64,000 bases of DNA from Alphaproteobacteria bacterium (GTDB lineage Bacteria; Pseudomonadota; Alphaproteobacteria; JAJTHO01; CANGXP01): the NCBI GenBank assembly GCA_947457935.1, contig CANGXP010000003.1:29256-93255 (forward strand), in the 5' to 3' direction. Of this stretch, positions 22,249 through 36,585 are shown piece after piece. Position 1 is the first letter of the stretch. Every line of letters begins with the position of its first letter. The notes under the pieces are model-generated. The model was not told the origin of the DNA, did no database searches, and was given only the letters and a program-made list of their open reading frames with translations. Both the position numbers and the translations under genes were made by a program.

Positions 22249-22860
22249 TTAGGAAGGCCTCAACCCCGCAAACGGCTTTTTAAAGAAAGCGGTAATTTTG
22301 GGGATTGCCAACACGTTTTCAATGCGGCGTGTCAGGAAATCTGCCGTCTCTTGGTGATTCTCACTCTCATCTTGCAACCAATATAACAGCGTTGAAAGAT
22401 ACACCCCCGCCAACAAAAAGCGTTTGCTGTAAAAATTATAGTCTGTCGATGTGTCGCCCGCCAATCGCCAGCACTGGTCAACTATTTGATAAAGATAGTT
22501 GCTGGTATCAAGCGCACGGGTTGGCAAAACATAATAGCCCATTGCCGCGCGTACGGCAGGTTTAAAATCTGCCAGCAAATGCAAGCGCAACATAACGCTA
22601 CTGTGGATTTTTTGGCGGATTTTTGCAGGCGGCGGCGTTTGGGTAATGTACGCCTCCTCAAGATCTTTATGCAAACAATCATGCCAATATTGCAACACAT
22701 CGGGAATGTCTTCAGGAAACAAACAAAACGCCGTGCCTTTTTCAAAGCCGCATTGCTGCTCTGCAAGGGTAATCGCGGGGAGGGAAAATCCATCAAACGC
22801 CACATTTGCTAAAATGGCGGCAAGCAATGCATTTTTTTGTTCTAAAACTGTATGGTTCAT
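22249..22860 (-). CDS. COQ9-family protein (rpsU-divergently transcribed protein)
   Basis: 203 aa, divergent from rpsU as in the conserved alphaproteobacterial arrangement. Alpha-helical, resembling COQ9. Confidence 0.6.
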   Translation of the reverse strand: MNHTVLEQKNALLAAILANVAFDGFSLPAITLAEQQCGFEKGTAFCLFPEDIPDVLQYWHDCLHKDLEEAYITQTPPPAKIRQKIHSSVMLRLHLLADFKPAVRAAMGYYVLPTRALDTSNYLYQIVDQCWRLAGDTSTDYNFYSKRFLLAGVYLSTLLYWLQDESENHQETADFLTRRIENVLAIPKITAFFKKPFAGLRPS

Positions 22861-22964
22861 GATACTCTAATAATCCGCTTCAAATTTTTCTTTGCAGATG
22901 CTGTGAAGTTATGTATAGGAAGTTTCTGATTTTTCAATAACTACACTACGATAAGGTTGTTTTT

Positions 22965-23168
22965 GTGTTAGTAAATGTTCGTGATAATAATGTAGAGCAA
23001 GCACTGCGTGCGCTAAAGAAAAAACTGCAACGCGAAGGCGTTTTCCGTGAGATGAAAATTCGTCGTCACTTTGAAAAGCCGTCTGAGAAGCGTGTGCGTG
23101 AAGCGCAAGAGTCTGTTCGTCGTCAACGTAAGTTGGTGCGTAAGCGTCTGGAAAAAGACGGTTTTTAG
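22965..23168 (+). CDS. rpsU: 30S ribosomal protein S21
   Basis: [43 protein letters not shown], with a GTG start. Confidence 0.9.
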   Translation: MLVNVRDNNVEQALRALKKKLQREGVFREMKIRRHFEKPSEKRVREAQESVRRQRKLVRKRLEKDGF

Positions 23169-23277
23169 TTTTTCGCTCTCATCCCTAAACAATAATAACA
23201 TACCTCTGGATTGTACAGCAGAACGCTATATATGAATTAATAGTAAATCGACTATTGGTTCACTCTCTTGGTATGGT

Positions 23278-24498
23278 ATGAAAACTTCTTACACGTTGCA
23301 TTTCTCCGCCGCCCTTGCAAAAATTAAAGCCGAGGGGCGCTACCGTTATTTTCAAGAGCTTGAGCGCAAAGCGGGACAGTTCCCCAGCGCGCTGCATTAT
23401 CGTGAAACAACATCCACTCCCATCACCGTTTGGTGTAGCAATGATTATCTTGGCATGGGACAACACCCCGCCGTTTTAGCGGCTATGCATACTGCGCTTG
23501 ACCAATGCGGCGCAGGTGCAGGGGGAACCCGCAACATTTCAGGCACAACTCTTTATCACGTTGCCCTAGAAAAAGAACTTGCTGCAGTGCATAGCAAAGA
23601 ATCGGCGTTGATATTTTCTTCAGGCTATGTTGCCAACGAAACAACCCTCTCCACCATCGCAAAATTACTTCCCGAGTGTGTGATTTTTTCTGATGCAAAA
23701 AATCATGCTTCCATGATTCACGGCATTCGGGAAAGTGGCGTGGAAAAGGTTATCTTCCGTCACAATGATACAGCGCATTTAGAAGAGTTATTGCAGCAAT
23801 ACCCTGAAAATCGCGCAAAAATGATTGTGTTTGAGTCTGTTTATTCCATGGAGGGGGATATTGCCCCTGTTGCGGAAATCTGTGCGCTTGCTAAAAAATA
23901 CCACGCCTTCACCTATCTGGATGAGGTGCACGCGGTGGGCATGTATGGGGCTGAAGGCGGCGGCATTGCCCAACAAAAAGGCGTGCAACAAGAAGTTTCC
24001 CTTATTCAAGGAACATTAGGCAAGGCGTATGGCGTTGTGGGGGGCTATATCGCTGCCGATGAAGCGGTGGTGGACTATGTGCGCAGCGCTGCTTCAGGGT
24101 TCATTTTCACGACAGCCATCCCCCCTGCTATTGCCGCAGGGGCGTTAGCCAGTGTGCGCCATTTGCGCCAATCTTCCCTAGAACGCGCACAACAACAGCA
24201 AAATGCTTCCCGCCTTAAACATCTGCTAGAACAAGCGGGTTTGCCCGTCATGGTGGGGGAGAGTCATATCGTGCCGCTGATGGTGGGCGATGCTGTGCGC
24301 TGCAAAGCGATTAGTGATGCGCTGCTCTATGACTATAACATTTATGTGCAGCCAATAAACTATCCCACTGTCCCCAAAGGCACGGAACGCTTGCGCTTTA
24401 CACCGTCACCGACCCACACAGAAGCCATGATGCAGGAACTCGTAACAGCCCTAAAAACGGTGTTTGCAGAGAGAGCAGAAGAGAAGAAGACGGCTTAA
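23278..24498 (+). CDS. hemA: 5-aminolevulinate synthase
   Basis: 406 aa. [13 protein letters not shown] and the SMEGD...HAVGMYG PLP-lysine region. This is the alphaproteobacterial C4 pathway enzyme. Confidence 0.95.
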   Translation: MKTSYTLHFSAALAKIKAEGRYRYFQELERKAGQFPSALHYRETTSTPITVWCSNDYLGMGQHPAVLAAMHTALDQCGAGAGGTRNISGTTLYHVALEKELAAVHSKESALIFSSGYVANETTLSTIAKLLPECVIFSDAKNHASMIHGIRESGVEKVIFRHNDTAHLEELLQQYPENRAKMIVFESVYSMEGDIAPVAEICALAKKYHAFTYLDEVHAVGMYGAEGGGIAQQKGVQQEVSLIQGTLGKAYGVVGGYIAADEAVVDYVRSAASGFIFTTAIPPAIAAGALASVRHLRQSSLERAQQQQNASRLKHLLEQAGLPVMVGESHIVPLMVGDAVRCKAISDALLYDYNIYVQPINYPTVPKGTERLRFTPSPTHTEAMMQELVTALKTVFAERAEEKKTA

Positions 24499-25256
24499 GT
24501 TTTCTTATTTCTGTTTTGAATGGATGAATTCGGAACAGGAATACGCGCTTTTAATCCCCGTAATATCGGTTTTGCAACAGCAGGTTTATAGGCGGCAATT
24601 GGTGCATAAAGTTGTTTCCGTGCTTCAATCAGCAACACCCCCGCAAAGGAGGGAAACCAGCGTTGACCGATTTTTTCCCATGCTGTTGCGGCTCTTAAGG
24701 AGACACGCCCTGTAAATGGCGGCATATACAGTGCGGAGACAAAACGAATCGGCGTAAATTGGTGGGCACGCAATAAGCGTTTTGCTTGCCGCATACTAAA
24801 CGGATGTCCCTGCCCAAAAGGGGTGCGCTCTAAATGCGCCCAAATGCCCCGCCTGTTCGGCACAATCATCAGCAATTTGCCATTGCCTGCCAACACCCGC
24901 CACACTTCTTGCAGCATGAGTTGTAGGTTATCGGTGTTTTCCACCGCATGGAGCAGAATCATCGTATCAATACTGTTGTCTGCAAATGGCAGTTGGCTTT
25001 CAAGAGATAGCACAGAGCGATACGCACCCTCACGCGGCCACGCCACAATGCCCTGTTGTGCTGGCATCACGGCAAAGGTACGCGGCGTTTGCTCTTGATA
25101 CGGACGCAACAACGGCGCGGCATATCCCAGCCCGACCACTGTATCACTTGCTAACGTTGGCCATAACTCTAACAATTTCCGCCGTAACAGCCGCTTGGTC
25201 ACGCCCCCCAGCGGCGTGTTATAAAAATCTAATAAATCGGCAATATCGGGGAACAT
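24495..25256 (-). CDS. class I SAM-dependent methyltransferase (Methyltransf_11-like)
   Basis: 253 aa. Region [53 protein letters not shown] Shine-Dalgarno. Immediately follows the hybrid kinase stop, so probably the same operon. Confidence 0.6.
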   Translation of the reverse strand: MFPDIADLLDFYNTPLGGVTKRLLRRKLLELWPTLASDTVVGLGYAAPLLRPYQEQTPRTFAVMPAQQGIVAWPREGAYRSVLSLESQLPFADNSIDTMILLHAVENTDNLQLMLQEVWRVLAGNGKLLMIVPNRRGIWAHLERTPFGQGHPFSMRQAKRLLRAHQFTPIRFVSALYMPPFTGRVSLRAATAWEKIGQRWFPSFAGVLLIEARKQLYAPIAAYKPAVAKPILRGLKARIPVPNSSIQNRNKKT

Positions 25257-25263
25257 AAAAATT

Positions 25264-27042
25264 TTATTCTCCTAAAACTTGCTTCACTGTACTCGCTAAC
25301 TGCTTCAGGCTGAAAGGCTTGGCAAGAAACGCTATATCTGCTTGGTCTTCAAGGCGTTTGCGCATGTTTTCTTCTGCATAGCCTGAAATACACATCACTT
25401 TAAGATTCGGCATTTTTTCGCGAATAATACGAATGAGCGTAGGGCCATCAATAACGGGCATCATCATATCGGTAATAAGCAGGTCAATATGACGCGGTTC
25501 GGTGTTGAGGATTTCTAAGGCTGCTTCACCGCTCCGTGCTTCAATGACTTCATAGCCTTTGTTGCGCAGCGCACGTGCGCCGAATAACCGCACGGGGTCT
25601 TCATCTTCCACTAGAAGGATAACCCCACTGCCTGTGAGATCCGCAAGTTCCCCTAAATCTTTAGTAGACTTCTTTTCCTCAACACCGTTATGGCGAGGAA
25701 TATACAGGCTGAAGGATGTGCCGCGTCCTACCACGCTATCAACGCCTACATAACCCCCTGTTTGCTTCATAATACCATATACTGTTGCGAGCCCTAACCC
25801 TGTACCCGCCCCCACATCTTTAGTGGAGAAGAACGGATCAAAAATCCGTTCGATAATATCAGCAGGGATACCGCTCCCTGTATCTGTTACACGAATAAGC
25901 ACATATTCGCCAGCAAGCATCTCTTCTGTGCCAAGACGTTCTGGTTTTTCAAGAGTGATATTCGCGGTTGTGATAGTGAGCGTGCCATGATCGGCGATTG
26001 CATCGCGCGCATTCACCGCAAGGTTAATAATCACTTGCTCAAGTTGGGTTTGGTCAACTCTTACAAGCCATAAGTCACGGCTATGCTGAATATTGAGGCC
26101 AACACTTTCGCCTAATAATCGCCGCAGCAAATGCCCCAATTCTGCTAATGTATCTGTAATGTTAAGCACTTTGGGCGTTAGTTTCTGTTGTCGAGAAAAG
26201 GCAAGGAGTTGGCGGACGAGTCCTGCTGCACGTGTAGAATTCTGTTGGATATGGTTAATATCCGCGAAAGAGGGATCACCCGCAGTGTGGCGTTGCAACA
26301 GCAAGTCACAAAATCCCATAATAGCGGTGAGGAGATTGTTGAAATCGTGTGCAATGCCGCCTGCAAGCTGCCCGACAGCTTGCATTTTTTGGGATTGAAC
26401 GAACTGTTTTTCGAGGTCTTTGCGTGCTGAAATATCAAGCAAATGGAGGACAAGGCGCGAATCTTCCGTTTGAGGATTATCCACCATGCCGATATAGACC
26501 GCCACCGTGGTTTCTTTTTTCGTTACGAGTTGAACTTCAATGAGTGCGGGGTCGCCCTGTTGTTCAACAAGGGTGATTGCGGCTTTGAGTTTATCGTGGT
26601 CATTTTTATGAAACAGGGTGTGAACAGGTTGTTTTACGCATTGAATGGCTGATTTTTCCGTCAACGTGCAAAACATCGGGTTGCAAATTTCAATACAATG
26701 ATTGACATTAAGGGCGATAATACCAATCGGGGCAGCATGAAAGTAATGCCGATAGAGAGCTTGTGTGCTGAGGGCTTCTTGATACGCTTCATCTTTTTTT
26801 GTAAAACGCCGTGCAAGTTTAACCCCTGAACCCATTTGTGCGGCAATCGCATCTTTTGTTGCCATCCAAAATAAAATACTGCACAGGAAAAAAAGAAAAA
26901 TAGCAAGATAGGTTAATACCGTAAAAGACTGTTTTATTAATATCAGCCAGAGCGCCAGCCCCCCAAAACCGAGAAAAGACGATGCAAGAAGGAAAAAAAT
27001 TGTAAAGAGTGCAAACTGGTTTGCAAGTTTAATAAGTTTCAT
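25264..27042 (-). CDS. hybrid sensor histidine kinase / response regulator (membrane, PAS, HisKA, HATPase, REC; CckA-like)
   Basis: Two N-terminal TM helices, a PAS region, an H-box (HDFNNLLTAIMGFCDLL), G1/G2 boxes (DTGSGIP, GTGLGL) and a C-terminal receiver domain (LLVEDEDPVRL...ITDMMMP). Start placed at MKLIKLAN (27042); the ORF-track start at 27399 adds a non-hydrophobic, unlikely leader. Confidence 0.8.
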   Translation of the reverse strand: MKLIKLANQFALFTIFFLLASSFLGFGGLALWLILIKQSFTVLTYLAIFLFFLCSILFWMATKDAIAAQMGSGVKLARRFTKKDEAYQEALSTQALYRHYFHAAPIGIIALNVNHCIEICNPMFCTLTEKSAIQCVKQPVHTLFHKNDHDKLKAAITLVEQQGDPALIEVQLVTKKETTVAVYIGMVDNPQTEDSRLVLHLLDISARKDLEKQFVQSQKMQAVGQLAGGIAHDFNNLLTAIMGFCDLLLQRHTAGDPSFADINHIQQNSTRAAGLVRQLLAFSRQQKLTPKVLNITDTLAELGHLLRRLLGESVGLNIQHSRDLWLVRVDQTQLEQVIINLAVNARDAIADHGTLTITTANITLEKPERLGTEEMLAGEYVLIRVTDTGSGIPADIIERIFDPFFSTKDVGAGTGLGLATVYGIMKQTGGYVGVDSVVGRGTSFSLYIPRHNGVEEKKSTKDLGELADLTGSGVILLVEDEDPVRLFGARALRNKGYEVIEARSGEAALEILNTEPRHIDLLITDMMMPVIDGPTLIRIIREKMPNLKVMCISGYAEENMRKRLEDQADIAFLAKPFSLKQLASTVKQVLGE

Positions 27043-27127
27043 GACGTTGCCAACTCTGAAAATAGGGAAGTGCTCTATTATATCAATACTGTAGTCAAAC
27101 AGAACAATCGAGAAAAAGGAAGTCGTA

Positions 27128-30813
<3,686 letters not shown>

Positions 30814-30865
30814 ACAGATTTTTAAAAATCACGCAAACGGATTTGTGGGGTGGAAGACTCCCCCC

Positions 30866-31408
30866 TTATGCCGCTAACGGAACTTGAATGTCATATTTGT
30901 TGCTGGGAAGCACATATTGTTGCGCTGTTCTTTTTGAGGCATCAATAACGATAGGTGCTTTAACATTAAGCGTCATCTGCACTTTACCGAACATTTCCCG
31001 CACGGTAACGATATGCAATAATAACAAATCGTCTTCTGCTATAGAAAATGTATTGCAAAGAGAGGCAACATCACTAGCCTCTAGCAATGCTGTTTTGGCG
31101 GTTGTGGGGAAAACAATAAACGATAGATTTTTTTCTTCTAAAGATTGCAAGATGCGGAAATTATTGGCAGCGGCGGCATTCGGCATGCTGCTCAGACCAA
31201 AGCGTGTAAATTCTGTAAGACCGATTAACCCTTGAGCAAAAGTAATAAATTGATCCGCCTCAAATTGCAGCGTACCGAATTTATTTTGTATAACAACAGC
31301 GTCTTCTTTTTGGGTAGAGGCTGTAACAGTTTTTTGGGTCATATCGCTATATCTATTCACATCTGAATAATCAGGGTTTTCGTAGGTAGCTAACGTTGCG
31401 TAATCCAT
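30866..31408 (-). CDS. fliW: flagellar assembly factor FliW
   Basis: FGTLQFEADQFITFAQGLIGLTEFTRF and NVKAPIVID...QYVL match the FliW (DUF180) family. AAGAGG Shine-Dalgarno before the 31408 start. Adjacent to flgL. Confidence 0.65.
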   Translation of the reverse strand: MDYATLATYENPDYSDVNRYSDMTQKTVTASTQKEDAVVIQNKFGTLQFEADQFITFAQGLIGLTEFTRFGLSSMPNAAAANNFRILQSLEEKNLSFIVFPTTAKTALLEASDVASLCNTFSIAEDDLLLLHIVTVREMFGKVQMTLNVKAPIVIDASKRTAQQYVLPSNKYDIQVPLAA

Positions 31409-31483
31409 AATATTATACCTCTTAAGTGTTCAAAAATTGTTAATGTTCTGTGGTCTCGCTCAATCTATTCATGGTCTATTGTT

Positions 31484-32386
31484 TTAATTCAAATATTGTA
31501 CCAAACTCATGCGTCCCATCCGTCCAATGGTGGAATAGGCTGCACTGAGTAGGGTTTCTTGGTTAGCAAGTTCACTCGTTGCTCGTAAAACGTCTGTATC
31601 TTGAATTGAGCTAATAGTTGTTGCCAACACAGTTTGATTGTCTAAATGGCGACTCTTAACGGTATCCAATGTTTTGCTTTGTGCGCCAATCACACTGATT
31701 GATTGGTTTAGCCCTGCAATAGCCTCATTAATAAGCTGCATGCCTTCCCGTAGTCTCACAGGATCTGTGGCATTTGCTTGAACAATCCGCAGCCCGCGAA
31801 TATATTTTTCAAAGGTTGAATCGCTTGCCTTTACACCGTAATCAAGATTGTAATTGGTATCAATTTTTGCGGTGAGTGTGTTCGCATCGCCTTGATAATA
31901 ATCAGTATCAGCGGTGAGAGCACTAGGAGCACTTGTAAATTTTGTTAAGTCAACAGGCGCTGTTGTGGTGCGCGTGCCTGAAAAAACATATGTATCACCG
32001 TCTTTTGTATTCAGCACGTTTGCAACTTGCTTGAGTAATTGCTCGGCTTGTTGCCCTAAGGCAGAGAAATTCGCGTTGCCGTTGTTTAAGCCTGTGACCA
32101 ATGCTGTTTTAAAAGAAATCCCGTTGTCTAACAGGGAGTTCATTTGTGTCTCCATGGTATTCATGCGGGTGGTGGTTTGCGTAATAGTTGTTACATATTG
32201 CGCGGTGCGTTCACTGGTTGATTGTAAGCCCACAAGCCTTGAGGCATCTTGGTAAATCCCTGTGTATGTTTGGGATTTTTGACCGCTGGAAATTTGCGTT
32301 TGCAAATCAAAGGCACGCTGCTGGATTTTATTCACAAATCCTTGCGTGCTGTTGAATTTTGCAAAAGTTCCTAATCTATCTAACAT
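31484..32386 (-). CDS. flgL: flagellar hook-associated protein 3
   Basis: 300 aa with flagellin-like N- and C-terminal helical regions (C-terminal LSAAYSTIGRMGRMSL). Lies downstream of flgK. Confidence 0.75.
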   Translation of the reverse strand: MLDRLGTFAKFNSTQGFVNKIQQRAFDLQTQISSGQKSQTYTGIYQDASRLVGLQSTSERTAQYVTTITQTTTRMNTMETQMNSLLDNGISFKTALVTGLNNGNANFSALGQQAEQLLKQVANVLNTKDGDTYVFSGTRTTTAPVDLTKFTSAPSALTADTDYYQGDANTLTAKIDTNYNLDYGVKASDSTFEKYIRGLRIVQANATDPVRLREGMQLINEAIAGLNQSISVIGAQSKTLDTVKSRHLDNQTVLATTISSIQDTDVLRATSELANQETLLSAAYSTIGRMGRMSLVQYLN

Positions 32387-32402
32387 AATGCGTTATCCTC
32401 GA

Positions 32403-34589
32403 TTATCCAACAAGCTGACTGAGTTCTTGGAACATGTCTGAAACCACCTTAATGATCCGCGCTGAGGCACTATAGGCGTTCTGAATTTCTGTGAGGGATG
32501 CCAACTCTGAGTCCATATTCACACCACTGGTGGAAGACCGTTGCAGTTCTAATTGGCTCGTTAGACTTTGCTGATTGTCATAGTTATCGGTGTATTGATT
32601 ATTGAGGCGGGCATTATTGCCCAAAAATAAGCTGGCATAACTGGTGAGCGATGTTTGCACATCACTAAGATCCCCTGTGGGAGCAAAAGTAGAGTTTGCA
32701 TCAAACGCGTCTGTAATGGCGTTGGCGATGCTGGCATCTCCTGCTGTAATCGCTGCAATCGGTGTGGTGATAGGCGGCGTGATCACTTGGTTATTCAGTG
32801 CGCCGCGCGTGAGAAGTTGCGGGGTATCAATAAGTTTTTGATTAACAGTGAGAGAGGTTGCAGTGTGTCTTGGATCCCGAAGGTCAAAAAATTTCGTGAG
32901 ATTGCTGCCTGTTGCCGTATCCGTTGCAGGCGGGCTTAACAGCGTCATCTCAATGCTTTCGTTCGGATTGTCCGCTTTGAGATAGAGTTTCCCATCACTG
33001 CCAAGACTGGCTGTCATGCCAATAGCAGCACCATTGATTTGATTAATAACATCACCCACACTGGCGATAGGCAGTGTTGCTAAGTTTAAATTAAAACTTG
33101 TTTGCACAACACCTGCTGCATTCGTCACACCAAAGCGCACACTGCCTGTGCCTGAAAGCGGACTTGTAATGCTAAACGTATTATTACTAACTAACTTAAC
33201 AGGATTAGAGTCGGAAAGGCTGGAGACAAAAATGTCATTTAGTCCGAAGAATTGCCCAACATTGAGATCTCTCCCCGTCACGTTTTCGATAGCAGGGGTT
33301 GTTTGTCCCGCTGCCATGCCAACAGCAATTTTATTTGCGCCGAGGGCTGCAATCGTCATTTTACCATTTGCATCAAGGGAAACACTGCCAACAGTATTAA
33401 AGGCAACACCGTTGACAGCGGTGGTAGAGGCATTAACGGCTGTGATAAAATCATTAATGGTTTTGGGGGCAGGGCTGGTGATGGTTCCTAAATCTAGGTC
33501 AACATAATCACTGTAATTGCCAGCGGCATTGGTAATGGCAATACGCATTTTTCCTGTTGCGTAAAAAGGATCACTCCCATTAAGAACGCGTGTCCCTGTA
33601 AGTGATTGTGGTGGGGGGTATGCAGTGCCTAAGTTGCTAACGGAATTCACAATGTTTTGTAATGTAGAGGAAATATTTTCTAGTTGGTTTGCCATGTTTG
33701 GCAAAACGGTATCGCGTGAATCAATAAGCCCTTTGAGCCGTCCCGTGCGGAAAGTATTGGTTAAATCAGTTGCAAGCGTGTTGTTGGCAAAATCAATTTT
33801 GTCAAACCCGCCATCTGCTTGTGTAACGGTAGGGTCAATACTTGAGACAGGAGTATATTGCAGTTTTTGAGGGGTGTTATCGATGAGCTTTGTGCCATCG
33901 TTTGTGTAGATAACAATTTCTTTATTGGCGCGCGTGAAAACTCGTATATCCATTTGTTCTGCAATTTTATTAATTTCTGCATCACGCTGATCTTCTAGGT
34001 CACCTGTGGCGATGCCCATCACGTCGTTTTTAGCAATTTTGCCGTTTAAATCATTAATGTTAATGAGAGCGGTATTGACCACTTCAATCGAGTTTGCAAC
34101 TTCTTGATCAACGTCTTGACGCAGCGACTGAATGCGGCTGCTGGCGGTATTGATTTGATTGGCAATATCTCGGGCAAGATTAACGAGTTCAACTTTTTTA
34201 ATCGGGTTGTTTGGGTCAGTTGCAACACTGGAGAAACGATTGACGAGTTTTGTAATATTCGCAGTCAGAGATGTTTGTGAGCTAACGCTTCCGAAAATAG
34301 ATTCTGTTCTTTGTGCGTAGTCTTGTTTCGCCGCATATTCTGATAGCTTTGATGTCTGGTTGCGTAACTCGAGTGCAAGACTTTCGTTTACACTGCGTGT
34401 AATGCTTGCAACACTCACACCACTGCCGATGCCTTTGTTGCCTCCAGAAACAATGCTCTCAAGATTCGCTTGCTTGCGAGTGTAGCCAACGGTATTTGCG
34501 TTCGTAATGTTGGAACTGGCAACATTAAGCTGAACCTGCGTGACGCTGATTCCTGTTAGAGCATTTTTGAGGGCAAGGTCTAGAGACAT
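32403..34589 (-). CDS. flgK: flagellar hook-associated protein 1
   Basis: MSLDLALKNALTGISVTQVQLNVASSNITNANTVGYTRKQ is the canonical FlgK N-terminus. 728 aa. Confidence 0.9.
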   Translation of the reverse strand: MSLDLALKNALTGISVTQVQLNVASSNITNANTVGYTRKQANLESIVSGGNKGIGSGVSVASITRSVNESLALELRNQTSKLSEYAAKQDYAQRTESIFGSVSSQTSLTANITKLVNRFSSVATDPNNPIKKVELVNLARDIANQINTASSRIQSLRQDVDQEVANSIEVVNTALININDLNGKIAKNDVMGIATGDLEDQRDAEINKIAEQMDIRVFTRANKEIVIYTNDGTKLIDNTPQKLQYTPVSSIDPTVTQADGGFDKIDFANNTLATDLTNTFRTGRLKGLIDSRDTVLPNMANQLENISSTLQNIVNSVSNLGTAYPPPQSLTGTRVLNGSDPFYATGKMRIAITNAAGNYSDYVDLDLGTITSPAPKTINDFITAVNASTTAVNGVAFNTVGSVSLDANGKMTIAALGANKIAVGMAAGQTTPAIENVTGRDLNVGQFFGLNDIFVSSLSDSNPVKLVSNNTFSITSPLSGTGSVRFGVTNAAGVVQTSFNLNLATLPIASVGDVINQINGAAIGMTASLGSDGKLYLKADNPNESIEMTLLSPPATDTATGSNLTKFFDLRDPRHTATSLTVNQKLIDTPQLLTRGALNNQVITPPITTPIAAITAGDASIANAITDAFDANSTFAPTGDLSDVQTSLTSYASLFLGNNARLNNQYTDNYDNQQSLTSQLELQRSSTSGVNMDSELASLTEIQNAYSASARIIKVVSDMFQELSQLVG

Positions 34590-34602
34590 TGTTTAGTGTT
34601 CC

Positions 34603-35076
34603 CTAAAGACTTTGATTAAGGGCAACAGACATTGACCCTTGCGCCACGCCTGCATGGCGATAAACACCGCGTTGAGTTTTTCCACTACGGTTATAGGCGG
34701 TTAAGGGAGATTGTTGTTCTGTGACAGCATTGCGAATGGCTTCTAAAACAAACTGGCGGCTGTCGCGTGCGGCGCTAAGAGCGCGTTTGTTTTCTTTTGT
34801 CACGCGACCATAAAGTGCCATAACTTCCGCAAGGTGCTGTTTTTGCTCGGCAGAAATTTCCTGTAGCCAATCAAGATTGCTTTGAAACTCAAGGATGAGT
34901 TTTTCATATGCTTGAAACAGAATATTTTTTGATTCTTGTAAAGGTACAATCGAGACAACGTCTTGTTTTCGCAAGAAATCTGTTTCTTGTTGTAGCACTT
35001 GAATAAGGCGATAGGTCAACTCCAGTAGGGTGTTGATTTTCGCGCTTGATGATAAATTTGTATTTTCCTCACTCAT
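34603..35076 (-). CDS. FlgN-like flagellar export chaperone (putative)
   Basis: 157-aa helical protein placed between the rod-binding protein and flgK, which is the usual FlgN position. Confidence 0.45.
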   Translation of the reverse strand: MSEENTNLSSSAKINTLLELTYRLIQVLQQETDFLRKQDVVSIVPLQESKNILFQAYEKLILEFQSNLDWLQEISAEQKQHLAEVMALYGRVTKENKRALSAARDSRQFVLEAIRNAVTEQQSPLTAYNRSGKTQRGVYRHAGVAQGSMSVALNQSL

Positions 35077-35384
35077 TATTTTCTCTGAGCCTCCTCTTGT
35101 AAACGAATCATTTCTGTTTTCACTGCATCAGCTATGCCAAGTTGTCCTGTTGCCGCGATATTCTTGCCGTATTCTGTCACCATGAAGGAACGGAAGGTTT
35201 TTTCGCCTTGTCCGCCGCCAAAAGTGCTGTCTGTATCAATGCCTTCAAAGATGAGAGACAGCATTTGACTCAGGAACATGCCTTCAAATTCTTTAGCTTT
35301 TTCCTCTACGTTTTTAAGCTGCGGATTAGGCGCGGTGAAAGGGGTGTTGTTCAAAGCAAGCGTTGCGGTTTCAAACGTGTTCAT
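35076..35384 (-). CDS. flgJ: flagellar rod-binding protein (FlgJ N-terminal domain only)
   Basis: 102 aa. KEFEGMFLSQMLSLIFEG matches the rod-binding Rod_bind domain. Immediately downstream of flgI. Confidence 0.7.
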   Translation of the reverse strand: MNTFETATLALNNTPFTAPNPQLKNVEEKAKEFEGMFLSQMLSLIFEGIDTDSTFGGGQGEKTFRSFMVTEYGKNIAATGQLGIADAVKTEMIRLQEEAQRK

Positions 35385-36499
35385 TACATCACCTCAATTT
35401 CAGCTTGCAGTGCGCCTGCTGCTTTGATGCTTTGCAGAATGGAAATAAGATCCCTTGGGCCAACACCAAGGGCATTGAGTCCTGTTACCAGTTCTTGAAG
35501 ATCAACGCCTTCCCGCACAATACCGAGTTGTTTGTCTGTATCTTCATCAACTTGGATATTGGTGCGGTCAACAATCGCTGTTTGTCCTGTTTGGGCAAAA
35601 GCATTGGGTTGGGAGACTTGCGGGGTTTCTGTCACACGAATGGTCAGGTTGCCTTGGGCAATCGCCACCGTGCTAATTTTAACATTCTCGCCAATAACAA
35701 TAATCCCTGATTTTTCATCAATCACCACTTTAGCAGGCAAATCAGGCTGCACAGGGAGTTGTTCAATGCGGGTAATAAGCCCCACGGGGTTGTTGGCGTA
35801 ATCATTGGGTAGATTCACAACCACCGTGCCAGAATCTTGGGATTCTGCCGCTTGCACGCCTAAATCTTGGTTGATAACGCTGGCAATGCGGCGTGCGGTG
35901 GTGAAATCAGGGTTGCGTAAGGAAATACGCAGCGGGTTCAACTGCTTCATATCAAAGGGAATTTCTTGTTCCACAATCGCGCCGCTGGCAATACGCCCAT
36001 TTGTGGGCGTGCCTTTGGTAACACTGGCTGCTGCACCACTGGCGGTAAAGCCGCCAATCGCAATGGGGCCTTGCGCCACAGCATACACTTCCCCATCAGC
36101 ACCCATCAGCGGGGTGACGATAAGCGTGCCGCCTTGCAAACTAGACGCATCGCCAATTGCAGAAACAGTCACATCAATACGGTTGCCTTGACGGGCGAAA
36201 GACGGCAAGGTTGCTGTTACCATCACAGCGGCAATATTGTTTGTTTTCAGGTTGTTATCCCGTGCATTAATACCAAGGCGTTCCAACATCCCCACGATGC
36301 TTTCTTTAGTGAATACCGATTTTGTAAGACTATCGCCCGTTGCGTTTAACCCCACAACCAGACCATAGCCCACCAGCATGTTATCGCGCACGCCTTCAAA
36401 ATTGGTGATGTCCTTCACGCGTGTGCCCGCTGATGCTGGCAACGTGGGGACGTTGAGCAACAGGGCTGCACTGATAACGAGTGAGAAAAATTTTTGCAT
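35384..36499 (-). CDS. flgI: flagellar P-ring protein
   Basis: 371 aa with a signal peptide. [30 protein letters not shown] is canonical FlgI. Confidence 0.95.
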   Translation of the reverse strand: [371 protein letters not shown]

Positions 36500-36585
36500 T
36501 ACCTCAAGTCCTTTTTGTTGTTAAGGTAACCAAGTGCAAAAACTGTGCCATGTTCTAACGGTCTAAAAATTGCAAAGAACAAATA

